Shown here: positions 37,301-51,052 of the stretch, piece by piece
How the letters are laid out: each line of letters opens with the position of its first letter
How positions within the stretch are numbered: position 1 is the first letter of the stretch
Assembly (NCBI GenBank): GCA_037379345.1
Contig: CM074524.1
Coordinates: forward strand, 20,394,750-20,458,749
DNA from: Perna viridis
Lineage: Eukaryota
Length of the DNA stretch: 64,000 nt
Direction: 5' to 3'
Translations under genes and position numbers: made by a program
The notes under the pieces: generated by a model
What the model was told of the DNA's origin: nothing
The model's input: only the letters and a program-made list of their open reading frames with translations
Database searches by the model: none

Positions 37301-40300
37301 ATTATTTCTACAATCATTGTGCATTTTATCTCGTGTCCGTATAACTTCCTAACCGCATATACGATTATATTTACAACTCCACCAAATCAAACATTTTTAT
37401 TGCAATTTATTTAAGCTCCATAATGTAATCTTAAAGTTCGCATTTTTAAACTCTAAATTCAGTCAGTTGTAAATTACAAACAAACAAAATGATAATGGTG
37501 TAAAGTAATGAAGCCCGGTAAATGGTGAAACAGGGAGAATATATTTGTTCATTACTTAAATTTAATGCCCACGTCACCCTTTGGATTATTTGGCAGCATC
37601 GTAGTACCTCCATCCCAGTAATTTTTTTTTCAATTCAACATTCGAATGGCGCCGGATCCATGGGTGCCGGTGGTTGGAGTTCCTTCCCCTTTTGAAAGGA
37701 TTATTCAAGTATATAAACACAAGCAAATAAAGTAAGTACAAACAAAACAAATGAATAGAATAAATAGAATTACAAAATTAGTGAAGAGATGCAGTATATG
37801 GAAGTAAGGTATTAACAAACCGTTTACTTTAAAAAAAAAAAAAAAAAAACTCTTGGACTTACGAAAAACTTACATTTTGTTCAGCATTTAGATCAACGTT
37901 TATAGTACGTTTAGGTACGTCATTTACCATAGAAAAGATGATTTAATAGATTATATTTGGACAGATTTTTTTTTTATTTCGTGCAAATATTTGGTCGAAA
38001 ATGAGCAAATGATAACGTGCCCCTCACCCTTGGAATACCCTGGATCCTTCCTTTCTCAAATTCTGAATCCGCCCCTGTATTATATATGTAAGATTAAAGC
38101 GGTCGAATTGTAAAATATCCTAACAAGCTCATGTACATAATTGTGCATCTGTTTCGAACGCAACATAGGTGAAGAATGTGATTTAACCGTTCATGCATGA
38201 TCAAAAATCTTTGTACGAACATGTAGTTTTACTATTTACATTTGTCAGGCTTAAAAGAATTTAGATTAGTTCAGTGATTATAGTTTTTCCACATGCGTTC
38301 ATTTTGAGATGAAAGGTGTTCTTTATGTGCATCGGGGAAAGATTGTCTTAAGCCATTTACATTAATCGAATTTATTTACTTACATCACGACTCTCTAAAT
38401 GGCTTTAAGGGGAGGTAACCGATTTATTAGTGCATGATTTAATTTCTTCTTTTTAATGGATTGAACTGTTCAGAAAAGTCGGAATGTTGATTGGGACTAA
38501 TTTCACTGAAGCCAACATAACCCCACAAAAAAAGTATGCATTCACTCGCATTTATAGTGATTTATTGCTTTCCTTATAATCAGGTGCGGATCCAAAAATT
38601 TTGAAAAAGGGGTCAAGACTATTATTTGCTCATTTTTGTCAAAATTTTCACATAACTTTTTTTTTATAACCTAAAAGGGGAGTGCCAAACCTAAGATCCC
38701 CAAAAGCGTATTAGAAATACAAAAAGGTTCAGTTATTATAATACATTATTAATACGCAATTTGCCTTTACTGCTTTCTATGTTTAGCTTAGTTTTTAGTT
38801 CGGGAATGATCAAATTAGTCTGAGGCAACGCCAAAAGCTAATTTGTCTGGCCCTTCATTTTTTCAGTTTTACTCATTTGAAACAAGAAAATTACAGTGGG
38901 CCTTGTCTTATCCGACACATCTTATTTTAGACGGGTCTTACTATAGCTTCAGTTCATACACAGGACATTGGCTATTTTTACACAGGTAAACTAGTCTTGT
39001 TTAACACGAACCGCAGATCATTATAGTCTTTCTGTGACATCTGACACAACACATCAAAACAGCTTTTATATTTCAAATCGCATTTTGGTTTAATTGACAT
39101 TATGTATTGTAATGGCAAGATAGACTATCAAAAGGATTCAGATTACATTGATTATGGATTTCATGTTGATATTGACCCCCTTAGTAAGTGCATGTGAAGT
39201 GCATTGTATTGATGCTGTATTGGGGGTTGAATTACTGAATGGCATCGACTAAATCAGGAGGTGTCAAGTGTGCTATTGACCAAAAAGAAATGATCAATGG
39301 TTAAACGATTTATGGTATGTAATAATAGACAAATCACTTTGTATTGGGTTTAATTTCGGATTTTTTTCATGATTGTTGTTTTCTGTATATTTGTTTTTGT
39401 GTTTGTTATTTGTTTATTTATTTTCTCGATTTTGCATACATGTAAGTACAATGCGACAATCTTCACAAACTGAGTTTCATAAGACAGACCAAGATTAATA
39501 TATTGAAACAACACAAAAGGAAAAACGACGGGACAGGTACGGGAAAGAAATTTGATTTTTAAGCACAAATATCAGCTTGAGAGTTCTAAATACATCTGTA
39601 GCTTCGGGAAATTTAACAGAAAATGCATTAACTCCACAACTGAACGACAACACTACAGTATTTACAAATAGAAAACGGTTAAAACATACACACACTTCGA
39701 CGTCATTAATCACTTAAATAACAAATAAAATTCACTTCCGCTGACCATAGTCTGTTTTATACATTCTGTACGAGCTGTTCTCAAGTCTTGTTTTTAAATA
39801 AACAGAGCATTTCAAGATCACCCTCACATCCTTGTAAATAAAAGAGAATATTACTTTGACCAGCGAGCTTTTCTAAAAGTAATTTTAACATCACATAAAG
39901 TGAGTAATTCAAGAAAACTTGCACAAAGCATTGATATAATTCATAGACATTACAATTAAAAGGTAATTCCTTTTGACCAGTGAGCTATTCCGAAAGCACT
40001 TAACATCACAGAATGTGTACGATTTCGATATTCAGAAAATTAGTAGGCATCGATAAGACGAGAAAAACATGCGTTCGGTGGAACATCTTATGATAAATAT
40101 GATTGTACAGATTATTTGTAAACATGCCATATTCTAGATACTGAAGAATTAGAAGATCGCGGGAGAAATAAGCACGGCAATTCCCTCAATCAGAAACGAT
40201 TGCCGTTATTTGATTTGCTTTGATAACAACAAATTATTTCAGAGTATTTAATAAAAATATTGTATATCACAATCCAAAATTCGTGGAACTGATCACCTCT

Positions 40301-41102
40301 TTTAATGCGAGTTCTCGTCTTGATTCTGGCGATTTTTGAAAGAAGAGATAGTAATACCGATGATGCAAACGAGGGGAAATCACCCACAATGGGGCGTGGT
40401 CAATACAACATCGGGAACACCAAAAGGAAAACAAGCTACAAATAAAAACCGGGCAGCAATGTACACCCGGAAGAAAATTGTATGGACCTCACTAAAACTA
40501 AAGGTTAACTCAGGTGATCCGCAGTCAACATTTCTTCTTCTTGCAAAAAACCCGTGCTTCTTGAAGGTGAAGCCGGTGAGGAGGATATTATGGCTGTTGG
40601 TGGAGATCTTCGATCGTGTTCAACGCGGACCTTACATATAGATTAATCAAGTCATAGAAATGATGGTAGATTTTATTAAGTACAAAATAATTACACATAA
40701 TTGGGATGTGGTTTATCTGTTGCACAAGTTTTCATAGGTACGTCCACCAGAAAAATATATACTGCGACAAATGCGCGCTTTCATTTTGAGCGATCGCTGT
40801 CGACCGCTGTAACGTACTGGAAATATTTTATTTTGTTTTTTAAGTTGTACATCCTAATGCAAGAAACGGCTATAAACTTTACTCGAAAGACAAATGTTTC
40901 TTGTAAACATTATTTTCGTTTCTATAGCAACAGTAATTATTTAGCTCATTTTACTTTCATTAAGCTGAAAACTCAATTTTCAACTGCCATAGAGCATGAT
41001 GGTCAGTATAGAGATAATTAAAACCAGATATGCATTTGTGAGAACCGACGATACCAGATTGCAACCATGTCTCTTAATACCAATGTTTAATAAGTGTCAA
41101 TG

Positions 41103-41304
41103 GGACGGTTACCCTACCGGTGCACCTGGTCCATGCTCCCGGTTTTTAGTGGAGTCCGAGTTGCTCATTTGCTTTTGTTACTTTGTATGTATGATTTTAG
41201 TTACTTTATGTTCTTTGTTGTGTATGTCTGTTTTCCATGTCTGGTCTTTGTCCTTGGATTACATTCTTTTGATTACCACTATAACCTTGGTTCCTTGATT
41301 ACTC
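41103..41304 (+). mobile_element. Short 3'-end copy of the PLE family
   Basis: ggacggttaccctaccggtgcacctgg...gattactc, with TGTCAA on both sides (possible TSD). Confidence 0.8.
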
Positions 41305-43234
41305 TGTCAAAAACGTAACGAATTTACAAACGTGTATATACGAATCCACGCGGTCATATCCCCATTATACGTGTTGCGTATTCCATTCCATTCGTCCATA
41401 ACCCAATCTTTCAAGCTATAACGCATCATAAATGTCAAGTTCATTGATGACGTCATCTATTATTCAAGAGTTGTATTCTTTTTTTAATTCACATATTTTG
41501 AATATAAGAGATACATAATTGTGATCACCAGACCATTGATCTAGAAGCATGCTTCTTTACGCTTTCATATGTTTTCTAGGTGCTAGACTGAAATCCCAGC
41601 TGAACTATTTTTTTCTCTCAAAGAAATAGAATTCTTCTTTTAAGTTTGATAACGTTTAAAATATCAATTAGCCATATACGAACAACTTCCCTGTGGTCAT
41701 AAGACAAGAATTGGAATCACATGGACATACATTTACATTCAAAGTGAGGTTATGTAGTAAGGGGTCATGCAACACTCTTCTTTTTTTATTCAGCTGTTAA
41801 AACGTTGAGTTGATTCAGTACACAAATGAAAAAGGCGGGCAACAGTGTCACAGGAAATTCAAGCCAGTTAAAAGGGCAATAACTATAATATGAGATTCCA
41901 TGTGCGGTTTTAAGAAAAAAGTTTACAATGACACCAGTGCCTAACAATAGATGACCATGCATACCTAATATTAAATCCCTTTCCCTTTCAGTTCTATATA
42001 TACAGAAATACATTACAATTATTATAATATAATTATTATCATTATAATAAGAAGAGTGAAATTCTGATCACATTATCAAAAACAAACTAATCAATTGTGA
42101 TTACAAAAAAATATGGAGACCAAAATGCAAGTACTAGTTACTTAAAAAATGTACATGTACAATTGTATATTTCACGACTAACCTCATTTCCAACAGTAGA
42201 ATTTATGGAAGAAATAATTCGCTCTTCAACAATGTAACAACAATATTACCCCATCTTATACGTACATTCAAATAGTTGCTAAGCGTATCAAAAACTAAGG
42301 AAATGGATTTACGTTTCCATAATGAAATGTTACATAACAAGTTGCTGTATCAATATTTTCAATATTATCTAAGATGTTGCTTGCGGCTGCAATCACAGTT
42401 CGGTATTATCTGATTAAAACTTCGTTCCCTGGGATATCTGATACCGAGTCTACAGTCAAAATAATGTCAGTATCGATCTAAATATTTCACAAGTGTGAAA
42501 TGGAAATAATTGTCCTGCTTGTCAATTTTTCAATTTGACATATGGCAGTAGACACGGTATATGAAAAAAAAATCAAGAGAAATCACGCTTTCAATAATTT
42601 GACATTCGGAAATTAAATATTTTGGACTAAAACAGTGACACACAGTATATAAAAATGGTTCTCAGTTACAACTAAAATGTCACGATTTTGTCAGTATTAT
42701 AACTGCTGCTTTTACTTTTGAGTCTAGGTTTACTGAATTGTAATAATTTTGGATTGCATTTACTGTGATGCCCCATACATAGAGACAAATTCCTACTTTC
42801 AATAAGTAAATGGCACGATTTATATGTCAACTCTTCATACTTTTGTAGTCTGTTACAAGTCGTCAAATCCAGGTTTCTTTTGAATCCAAAAGAACTAGTA
42901 TTTTTACGCTTTGTCTACGGTAGGGACGGTACTACTGAACTCTTATTTACGTTTATGACCAAAGGCAATGTGCGAGACTTTCTATTACACATGATGTGCG
43001 TCTGCGTTAAAAGTTCAACGATCACATCCTAACTTAGATACGGTAATGTAATACCCCCTACTCTACGCACGGAGTATAGTGCAAAAAGGGGGGGTACATT
43101 ATCGTATTGATGAAGCGTATAATACCGGCCAACTGATATTAACAAAGAAAATGAGCCAAGTAAATACCAGGTAGACGTGAGATGTACGTTACATAGTCAA
43201 TGGAAAAAGCAAAATGTAACAGGAATTATCTTAA

Positions 43235-43441
43235 GAAGGTAGACCTAAGGGACACAACTCCTACAAATTATTAGAATTTTTTTATTCAACATTTTACATC
43301 AATCTCATGTAAGCATCAAAGTAACTTGGATTGATTTCATTCTGTTTCAAATGAAAGCTTAACAGTCTTTGGTGAAATTGAATATGATACAAACATGTAA
43401 CCGATTTCAAGAGTTATGCCCCTTATCTTAGGTCTAACTCC
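43235..43441. mobile_element. Same Kolobok-like MITE, inverted copy
   Basis: Flanked by TTAA; interior is the reverse complement of 8374-8585. Confidence 0.8.
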
Positions 43442-44310
43442 TTAAGAGTTTGACAATCCTTCATCAAAATTTAACGTAACTATGTACACTTGTTTGTGCT
43501 CCTTTGACATTGACATTGTCGTTATAGAAGTTTCTTGTAATTAATCATAAGTCTATTGAAATAATAAGCTTAAACTAAGCTTGCGTTTCTTTAAATGAAC
43601 TACATGTACATGTGTCATTCTTATCAGAAATTTTAAAATATTAATTGATACAGATGGAGGGTGCGGAATCATTTTATTACCTTTTCCAAAAATTTCATTA
43701 TGGCAATACTGTATTTATATATATAAAATTCTCACCAAGTAACTAACCTACATTTAAATATGAGTTGGAGTCCGCATTTGTAAGTTTTTTCGCGAAGTAC
43801 GGACACCGGTTTACCATAATACATGTACGTCCCGGTTAAAATGATAGGTGTGGGAAAATGGACATTAACTAAAACTAATGCTTTGGAAAGTAACATTACC
43901 ATATTCGAAAATCAGGTAGAAATACATGTATATACAAACGAAGGTATTGTTAATTGGCATATACATGTATATTCTTTTCTTATCTGTCACGGTGCAATTA
44001 TAATCGACAAACTGCATGCATATGGTTAGTTATTCTTGTGAAATGGTGGGGTCAATTTTATACTTTTTATATAAACCCTAGTATTATGTGAATGCTGGTC
44101 ATAAGGTAATGGAATGAAGAAGATTTCTTCACTGTTACAGTTTAGACAAATGCCACTTCCAAGAACTTAAAAAAAGTGTCAATGAACAATATTTTAAGTA
44201 TTTTTGCTTAATTCATTGTTTGTCTATCACTTTTATTCGCCTCGTGGTTAGATATAAGACTACTATCAGCATTCTCATTACTCTTACAGCAAGTATATTC
44301 AAAATTACAT

Positions 44311-44406
44311 TGTTTCTTCAACGGTGTTTTACTTATTTCTTGTGTTTCTTCAACGGTGTTTTACTTATTTCTTGTGTTTCTTCAACGGTGTTTTACTTAT
44401 TTCTTG
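44311..44406. repeat. Tandem repeat, 32 bp x 3
   Basis: Unit tgtttcttcaacggtgttttacttatttcttg. Confidence 0.95.
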
Positions 44407-47400
44407 TCTGTCAATGTTCTTGTGTATAGATCAGACCTTATAAGACCGTCATCCTTTGCATCATGTTTAAAAACATACAGAAAGTATTTACAAAAGGACA
44501 TCAATGCTTCATTTTTTAAACTTATTTTTGTCTGTCACAATGTATAGGAATCAACAAGCTATTCTTCTCTACTTTATGCAATACCAGTCCTGATCGATAA
44601 ATGTTAATTTCAATGCTACAGCAGTGTCAACCATTTTCTGATCATTGTTTATTTGTCGAGCAAAACTGATGTCTATTTCAGCGTGTTAATTTTACGTATG
44701 TATTCATCGATTACCACATGTTTTCTAGATATGTTGCCGTATTTATAATACAGCAGATCATAACTCGTATATCTTCTTGTTATTAACTTAGAATCTGTGT
44801 TATATTAATAAACCATTTTTATTTAGACCTAAAACTTCGGCATCATAATGAATGTCTTGGAGAATTGGAACCGTGCTGAAATTGTTAACAAAAACACTCA
44901 CCTCAAATGTATCTGTTCTAAATTCTTTAGATTAATATCCATAGTTTATAAATATGAAATTATATCCTTAAATCGAGAATTGATGTTTTTGTAATCATTT
45001 TGGCAGAACTGTTTTTCCAGAATCAACTTTCTTCCACAGTCGTCTAATAATCGATTTTCCCAGAGCTTTGGGTTAGTCCATTCTTGTCTCGTTGATAGGG
45101 GGGTTTTGATGAGATTGGCATCTCACTCAAAATTGATCGATGATCAATACGCTGATCGATACAAAGATATGAAAGCGATAATCATATCCCACTTAAAACA
45201 GTTCCATTTTATATATCTTCATTTCATTAAAAGTGGGGATTGTTTTGATGCTGGGAAATGAATATTTGCAATCAATATCAGTATTAATTATGACGTATGC
45301 ATATCTTAGTATAATTCCGTGTAAACATCAAGTGGAGCCCTATATCTTAATTGCAAGTTTTGTATTCAATTTCGAAAGCATTTCTCTGAAAATTCGCATG
45401 TTGCTTTCTGATGATAACATTTTAAAGTTAAGTGCAATTTTTTGCTCTTGCAATGATTATTAACCAGTTTAAAAAAAGTTTGGCATGGTTTGATTTCGTA
45501 AATATGTTAATTTAGTTTTATAACCCGTAGATAATGATTCCTGTTGTAATAGGGAAATATCTTTTTTTGCAAATAAGAAAAAGGACTAAAATATACCAGA
45601 CAATACACCAGACGCGGATTCGGAGATTTTAGAAAGATTATTTTTGGTCAATCTATGCCAAAAAAATGCACGAATTTACCACAATTTTCAAGCAAAAGGG
45701 AGGGGGTTCCAGCCGCCGTCAATAGATTGTTACGCAGTTCAACATATACCAAGAAAATGTCATTAAATATTCTTAGTAAGTTCAAAAGTTTTATTAATAG
45801 TCAATGCTTCGTTCGTGCACACTGTAATTAAAAAAACATTGCGGGTATTATAAAATAAAGCATCTGCGGACATCTTTTAACTGGACGCGGACTTCGTATA
45901 TGTAAGATGTTAATCTATATGCATGGTTTTTAGGGAACTCGTTTAAACATCACGTGATTCTTGGCTTACGGACAATATGTCACTTTTGTGTGTTAATAAC
46001 CACCAGTTGGTTGTTTTTAAACTAAATATTTATTTTCTGCGTCTAATCATTGATTCCTATTACATTAAATTTATATCTGATGAAAAATTACAAATTGACT
46101 CTTTAGTATTTGAGAGCGATAACCTTGTAAAAGATATATCGCACAGAAAATATCTAAATATCTAAACGTAACGATTATTAGGCGGCTTTTATCTTAAAAT
46201 TACTTCAGAATGAGAGGGTTATTCAATGAGGTTGTATAAAACACTTTTTGAATGGCATACAGTGCTATCAGTAAAGGTGTCAGTTTAAAGGGACTAGGGG
46301 CTTGATAAAACTGCAATTTTAACGTCGAATCGTTTTAGAGTTGAATCCGTTAAGAATCGCAGATACGGGGATTTCTAGAACTTAATGAAAAAAAAATTAA
46401 ATTAAAGACAGAAATCCTCAATATACTGTGCAAACCGGATTCCACAAACGAAATGTAGCAACGAGCACGTGTACCAGAAGAATAAGCTACAAGAAATAGG
46501 GAAATAGAGACAATTTAACAAATAGAAACAAATTGAATGAGAAAACAATACAAATATAAATTAGCTAAGCTAGACTTAACGTGCCGAAACCTCGGAACAT
46601 GGATAAGTGCACTATAGAGAAAGATCTATACCTACATATAGCTTTCTAGAAACATCAACTTGTTATTTGTATAAATATAATAGCTTCGCGTACTTGTGTA
46701 ATTAGAATAAAAAAAATGTATCGCTGACCTTTCCGACCGAACATGTCAGGATGACTTAAGATTGATTACGTACTGTAGTCTTAGTGAGTTAAAGTTACGC
46801 GTTAGAAATCCAGTATGGCTTGCCGCTATAATTTAGTGATACATGTTCTCATATTTTTAGTACAATTATGTCATTGATGTCAGTGCCTATCAAGTTTTGC
46901 TTCTTTCAGTCAGCTTTTTGCGCCTTAATTTTGAATCGATAAATTCAATAAATTTTACAGGAGTTGTGGGGCTTTGTTTACAAGCCACATTATTGGAACA
47001 TTTTGTAGATGGAATTCCTCAGAAAAATGTTCATTTGATTTTCGTTAAATATAGTTGATTACTACATGTAGTTGACCTTCTTCTGTCAACATTTGAATTC
47101 GACAAATTTTAGTGTCATATATTGTTTCTATCTATCTGAAATAACCTCAATGCCTGTATTGGACGTTTGAAAATAACCTACCTGGCAGGTTATTTAGTGT
47201 AATTTTGGACGATCATACGCCGCAAGTTTTGTGTAGTGTTCATGACGGACTAGTGTGTATGTGTTTTTAAGGCTAATAAGAATAGATTTAACATGTTCAT
47301 AATACCTCAACCTTACTTCCGTGAGCCAAATTGCAAACAGCTCGTTCCTACGTTCTTTGAATCTGGCAGAATAGTAGTAAAATATTTATCATTTAGAACA

Positions 47401-48184
47401 TTTTATACGGTTTCTTTACCCTAACACTGGAGAAGGTGAATAAATAACTGAAGAATGACAAATGACCTACCTGATGAGAAAATCCAGCAATCCTGGAAAT
47501 CCACTGTAAAAGCTGTTTTGATGAACTTCACATTTGGTTTTCAGCATTTAGAATGGGTACATCTATTAATAAAATTACGGATTTTAATTTGCGAAACGAA
47601 AATATTAAATTAACCAACGAATTGCTATTACCCAATTTTAAGTTCATTTTGTCAAGATATATTGTATTACGTAAAATTAGTGACCTAATTAAAAATGGCT
47701 GGTTACTTTATTACATATGTTTTCTAAGTATTTAAAAAAAATAGGATTTTTTTCGCTTGATTTCCCGTGGCCTAAACTTCTTTTATCTAAATAAAAGACT
47801 TAAAATATTTTAAAACACATATTTGCGGTAGCTTTCAACATGTCAGATGCTAGAAGTAAGGATGGTACCAAGTCAGAAAATACAACACGCAGCTTGCCAG
47901 ACAACCTCTGGAACTGCCTGAGTTAGTTAAAGCTGCCAGAGGGAGGTGTCTTTTGTTTCTGTACTTAAGGAATATAGTGATATATTCTACCATTATACCT
48001 CTAAAGAAGTCGTCCAAATTTAGTGACGCGCGTTCTATATTCAACGACGTCACCAAATTAGCTTCAAAGAAAGCGAAATCAATTTCAAAGTTCTTCAGCA
48101 TCAGCGGATAGCCTAATAAGATTTCATTAAGTTATGAAAATCGATTGCGCCCTCGTTTCTGTACAGGCCTGTGTAAGAGTTAAG

Positions 48185-48383
48185 AGAGCAATCAAGGGAA
48201 CCAAGGTTATAGCGGTAATCAAAAGAATGTAATCCAAGGACAAAGACCAGACATGGAAAACAGACATACACAACGAAGAACATAAAGTAACCAAAACCAT
48301 ACATACAAAGCCACAAAAGTAAATGAGCAACTCGGACTCCACTAAAAACTAGTAGCATGGACCAGGTGCACCGGTAGGGTAAG
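48185..48383 (-). mobile_element. Short 3'-end copy of the PLE family
   Basis: Reverse complement reads cttaccctaccggtgcacctggtccatg...ttcccttgattgctc. Confidence 0.8.
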
Positions 48384-48745
48384 AATTGTGTTTAAATATC
48401 GTCTTCAATTTGCAATATTAGTTGTAGTTGGTTAATGTAGACGCCATTGTTTTAGGAACGGCTAAAAATCTAAATTTCGAGTAATAATAATCTAGAAAAT
48501 TTGAAAGTTTAATCAGCAATGATCCTTTCTATCGAAACAATGGTAGATGTCGGCTGACAAACTAAACTTCCTGACTTGATATTGGAAGAAGGCATTTTCT
48601 TTTTTTATTGAAGTGTTGGTTTGTTTTCATTAGTGGAAATTGATGACAATTTGTCGGATAGAAATGGAGGCGCCGATTTTTTTTTAATTCAGGAGAATAT
48701 GTGTCTCTATAAGGTCAACACGCGTGTCTCCTCTGTACCCGGTTC

Positions 48746-48905
48746 CACGGGCACTTGGGACCAGTTTTCCTTTTTTTCTTTTTGGATATAAAAAATATCA
48801 TTAAATCATTTTGTTTCCAGATTTTAGTTATTATGTGTGTTCTCTAACAAAATGATTTAATGATATTTTTTATATAAAAAAAAATCCTGGTCCAAAGGGC
48901 CTGTG
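48746..48905. mobile_element. Palindromic MITE with CA...TG ends and a degenerate 8-bp TSD (hAT/P-like)
   Basis: CACGGGCACTTGGGACCAG / CTGGTCCAAAGGGCCTGTG; inner perfect inverted repeat aaaaaatatcattaaatcattttgtt; flanks cccggttc and ctaggttc. Confidence 0.75.
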
Positions 48906-50524
48906 CTAGGTTCTGGAATCAATAAACTGATTCTGCCATTTGGGGTTTGTGCTTTGTAATAAATTTGTTTTCATTTTCACTAGCATCTCTTGCATGACTT
49001 TTGTTAAGAGCCCGATTAACAACATTATTCAGAAATCAATGACCGACTCAAAGACCGTTGATCATTAATATTTACGAAAGCCATGCTTAGGACATAAGGG
49101 TAAATATTATGCATGGGAAAGTAACGATAAGAATTCATGTGGGACCAATTATTATGATACTCATTATGTTTGCTTATTAAAATCCATATTTGGTATTAAT
49201 TAAGAATGAATTACCTTGTGTAAAGGTTGTGTTGTTTTGTTTTGAATTATGCCACAGCGATGACTATGATACGGGGATAAATGAATTTCAGGTATACATG
49301 TAATTGTGGATGGCTACAAACTTCGGGGCCCTGCCCAAAAACGGAATTACCCAGTCTTTATCGTGCATAAAGACTGAAAGGATATGACTGATTAGTGCTA
49401 ACTGTATGGGCCATATTCCTTTGCTCAAACAATATTTGTCGTTTGCTTCCCACTGTTGATTTCGGGCAAGGATTCGTAGGGTGGACCCGGGTCTATTATC
49501 CCCCTTACATGTAGCTACCCACCCCCTAAAAAAAAATTAGCATTTTTTTATGTTTTGTATGATTTTTTTTCTTTCATTCTATTTACACCTCTAACCTGAA
49601 ATCTTTGATCCGACCCCTGTTGTAATCATTTGAAAGGTACAGAATATTGCACGTCTTAATATACCTTAAAATCCATGGGGAAACTAAGTAATCAGAAGCG
49701 GGTCATTCTACAGTTTCACTTTACCATTTCCATTCTTTTGTAACAGAACATACTTTAAACTGGCTTATTATTAAAATTACAATAAGTTTTTTTCTGTGTG
49801 TTAGAGCGTTCTGTCATTTTTGCTCATTTATGTCCCAAAAATATATCAAATGAGGATATACTTGGCAATACAAAAATGATTATTGGTAAGAAAGTATTTG
49901 AAGTGCATTTCGCATGTGTTGAGAAGAGATCATCATTAGAACAGCACTGGACTCATGAAGGGAACATGAAAAATCAAGAAGGTATTGTATGATCTGGAAA
50001 ATTGAAGCAAATTTTAATCAATATTCAAAATGAAAGAACAATTGTCTAAGGAGTTAGAAAACGCTTTCCTTGGTCGCCTTCTCATACAGATGCGTGCAAG
50101 AATCATACTTGTAGGGGTTGATATCTATTTTATACAGCTTCTCGAGCTAATAGCAAAAATTCAGATCGACCACATTCTAGTTTTATAACTACAAATTCGA
50201 TAAGTATCAATGGTTTCCGAACCAAGAATGGAATTTCTTTCAAACTTACTTCAGTCGTAGCACATCGATTCGATATATTGAAAGCACTATTTTAGTTTCA
50301 AATGAAATTAAAACAGCATATCGAGACATTAAAAGAATTAAGAAGTATTCTCTTCATAGAAAAATTGATTTATGTATTACAGCCTGGTTGGTTCAATCTC
50401 ATTACTGTAAATACAGTACCGCGTCAAGTATTCTATTACGTCACGCATAAAGTGATGCAACTTGGAGAATTCGATAAAGAATCCGAGGAAATTTGAATTA
50501 AGGTGAAGGCAAATCTGTGATTTT

Positions 50525-51052
50525 GTTTGTTTGTTTTGTTTGTTTGTTGGGGTTTAACGTCCGAGCAGCAATATTTCAGCTATATTCAGACGATGAATAT
50601 GAAATTGATGATAAAATGAACATGAAATGATGATAAAAATGAAAAAGGGATGGGACACAAGGATTATGGGGTCGACAAATTTTGATTGCCACTGGAAATA
50701 GGGAGAGATGGGTAGGGTCGGGCAATTTAGCCTCCTGTGGCGGAGCCCTATGGTTCCTACTCCGGGAGAATACCACAGTATGGTTTTTTAACGTGCGAGG
50801 AACATGGCATCTTTTCCAACACGGTGCACCACTATGGTTTGCGGTCAGGTTTTCCGTATTATAGCCTGACAACCCCAGCATGTAACAAGCCAGGGGTACC
50901 CCATTCAACCACCTGGGACACACATCCCAGTTACTCTGTGGGCAGAGCGCCCTAGCCCCCGGCTATGTTTCTGAGCACTACTTAGTCGCCTTTTACAACA
51001 AACTTAGCGCTGATGCAGGTCTATTCTTTTAAGACCCGGACCTGCACGGGAC
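50525..51052 (-). mobile_element. SINE, RUDI/V-SINE-like, with non-tRNA head and (CAAA)n tail; copy 1
   Basis: 13-bp TSD AATCTGTGATTTT (50512-50524 and 51053-51065). Tail GCTGAAATATTGCT...CGTTAAACCCCAAC(AAAC)n. Highly similar to 53718-54235. Confidence 0.85.

Noticed and set aside
2469-48358. Recurring hydrophobic ORFs (LCSLLCMSVFHVWSL..., YFMFFVVYVCFPCL...)
   Set aside because: Translations of the T-rich 3' UTR of the PLE copies.
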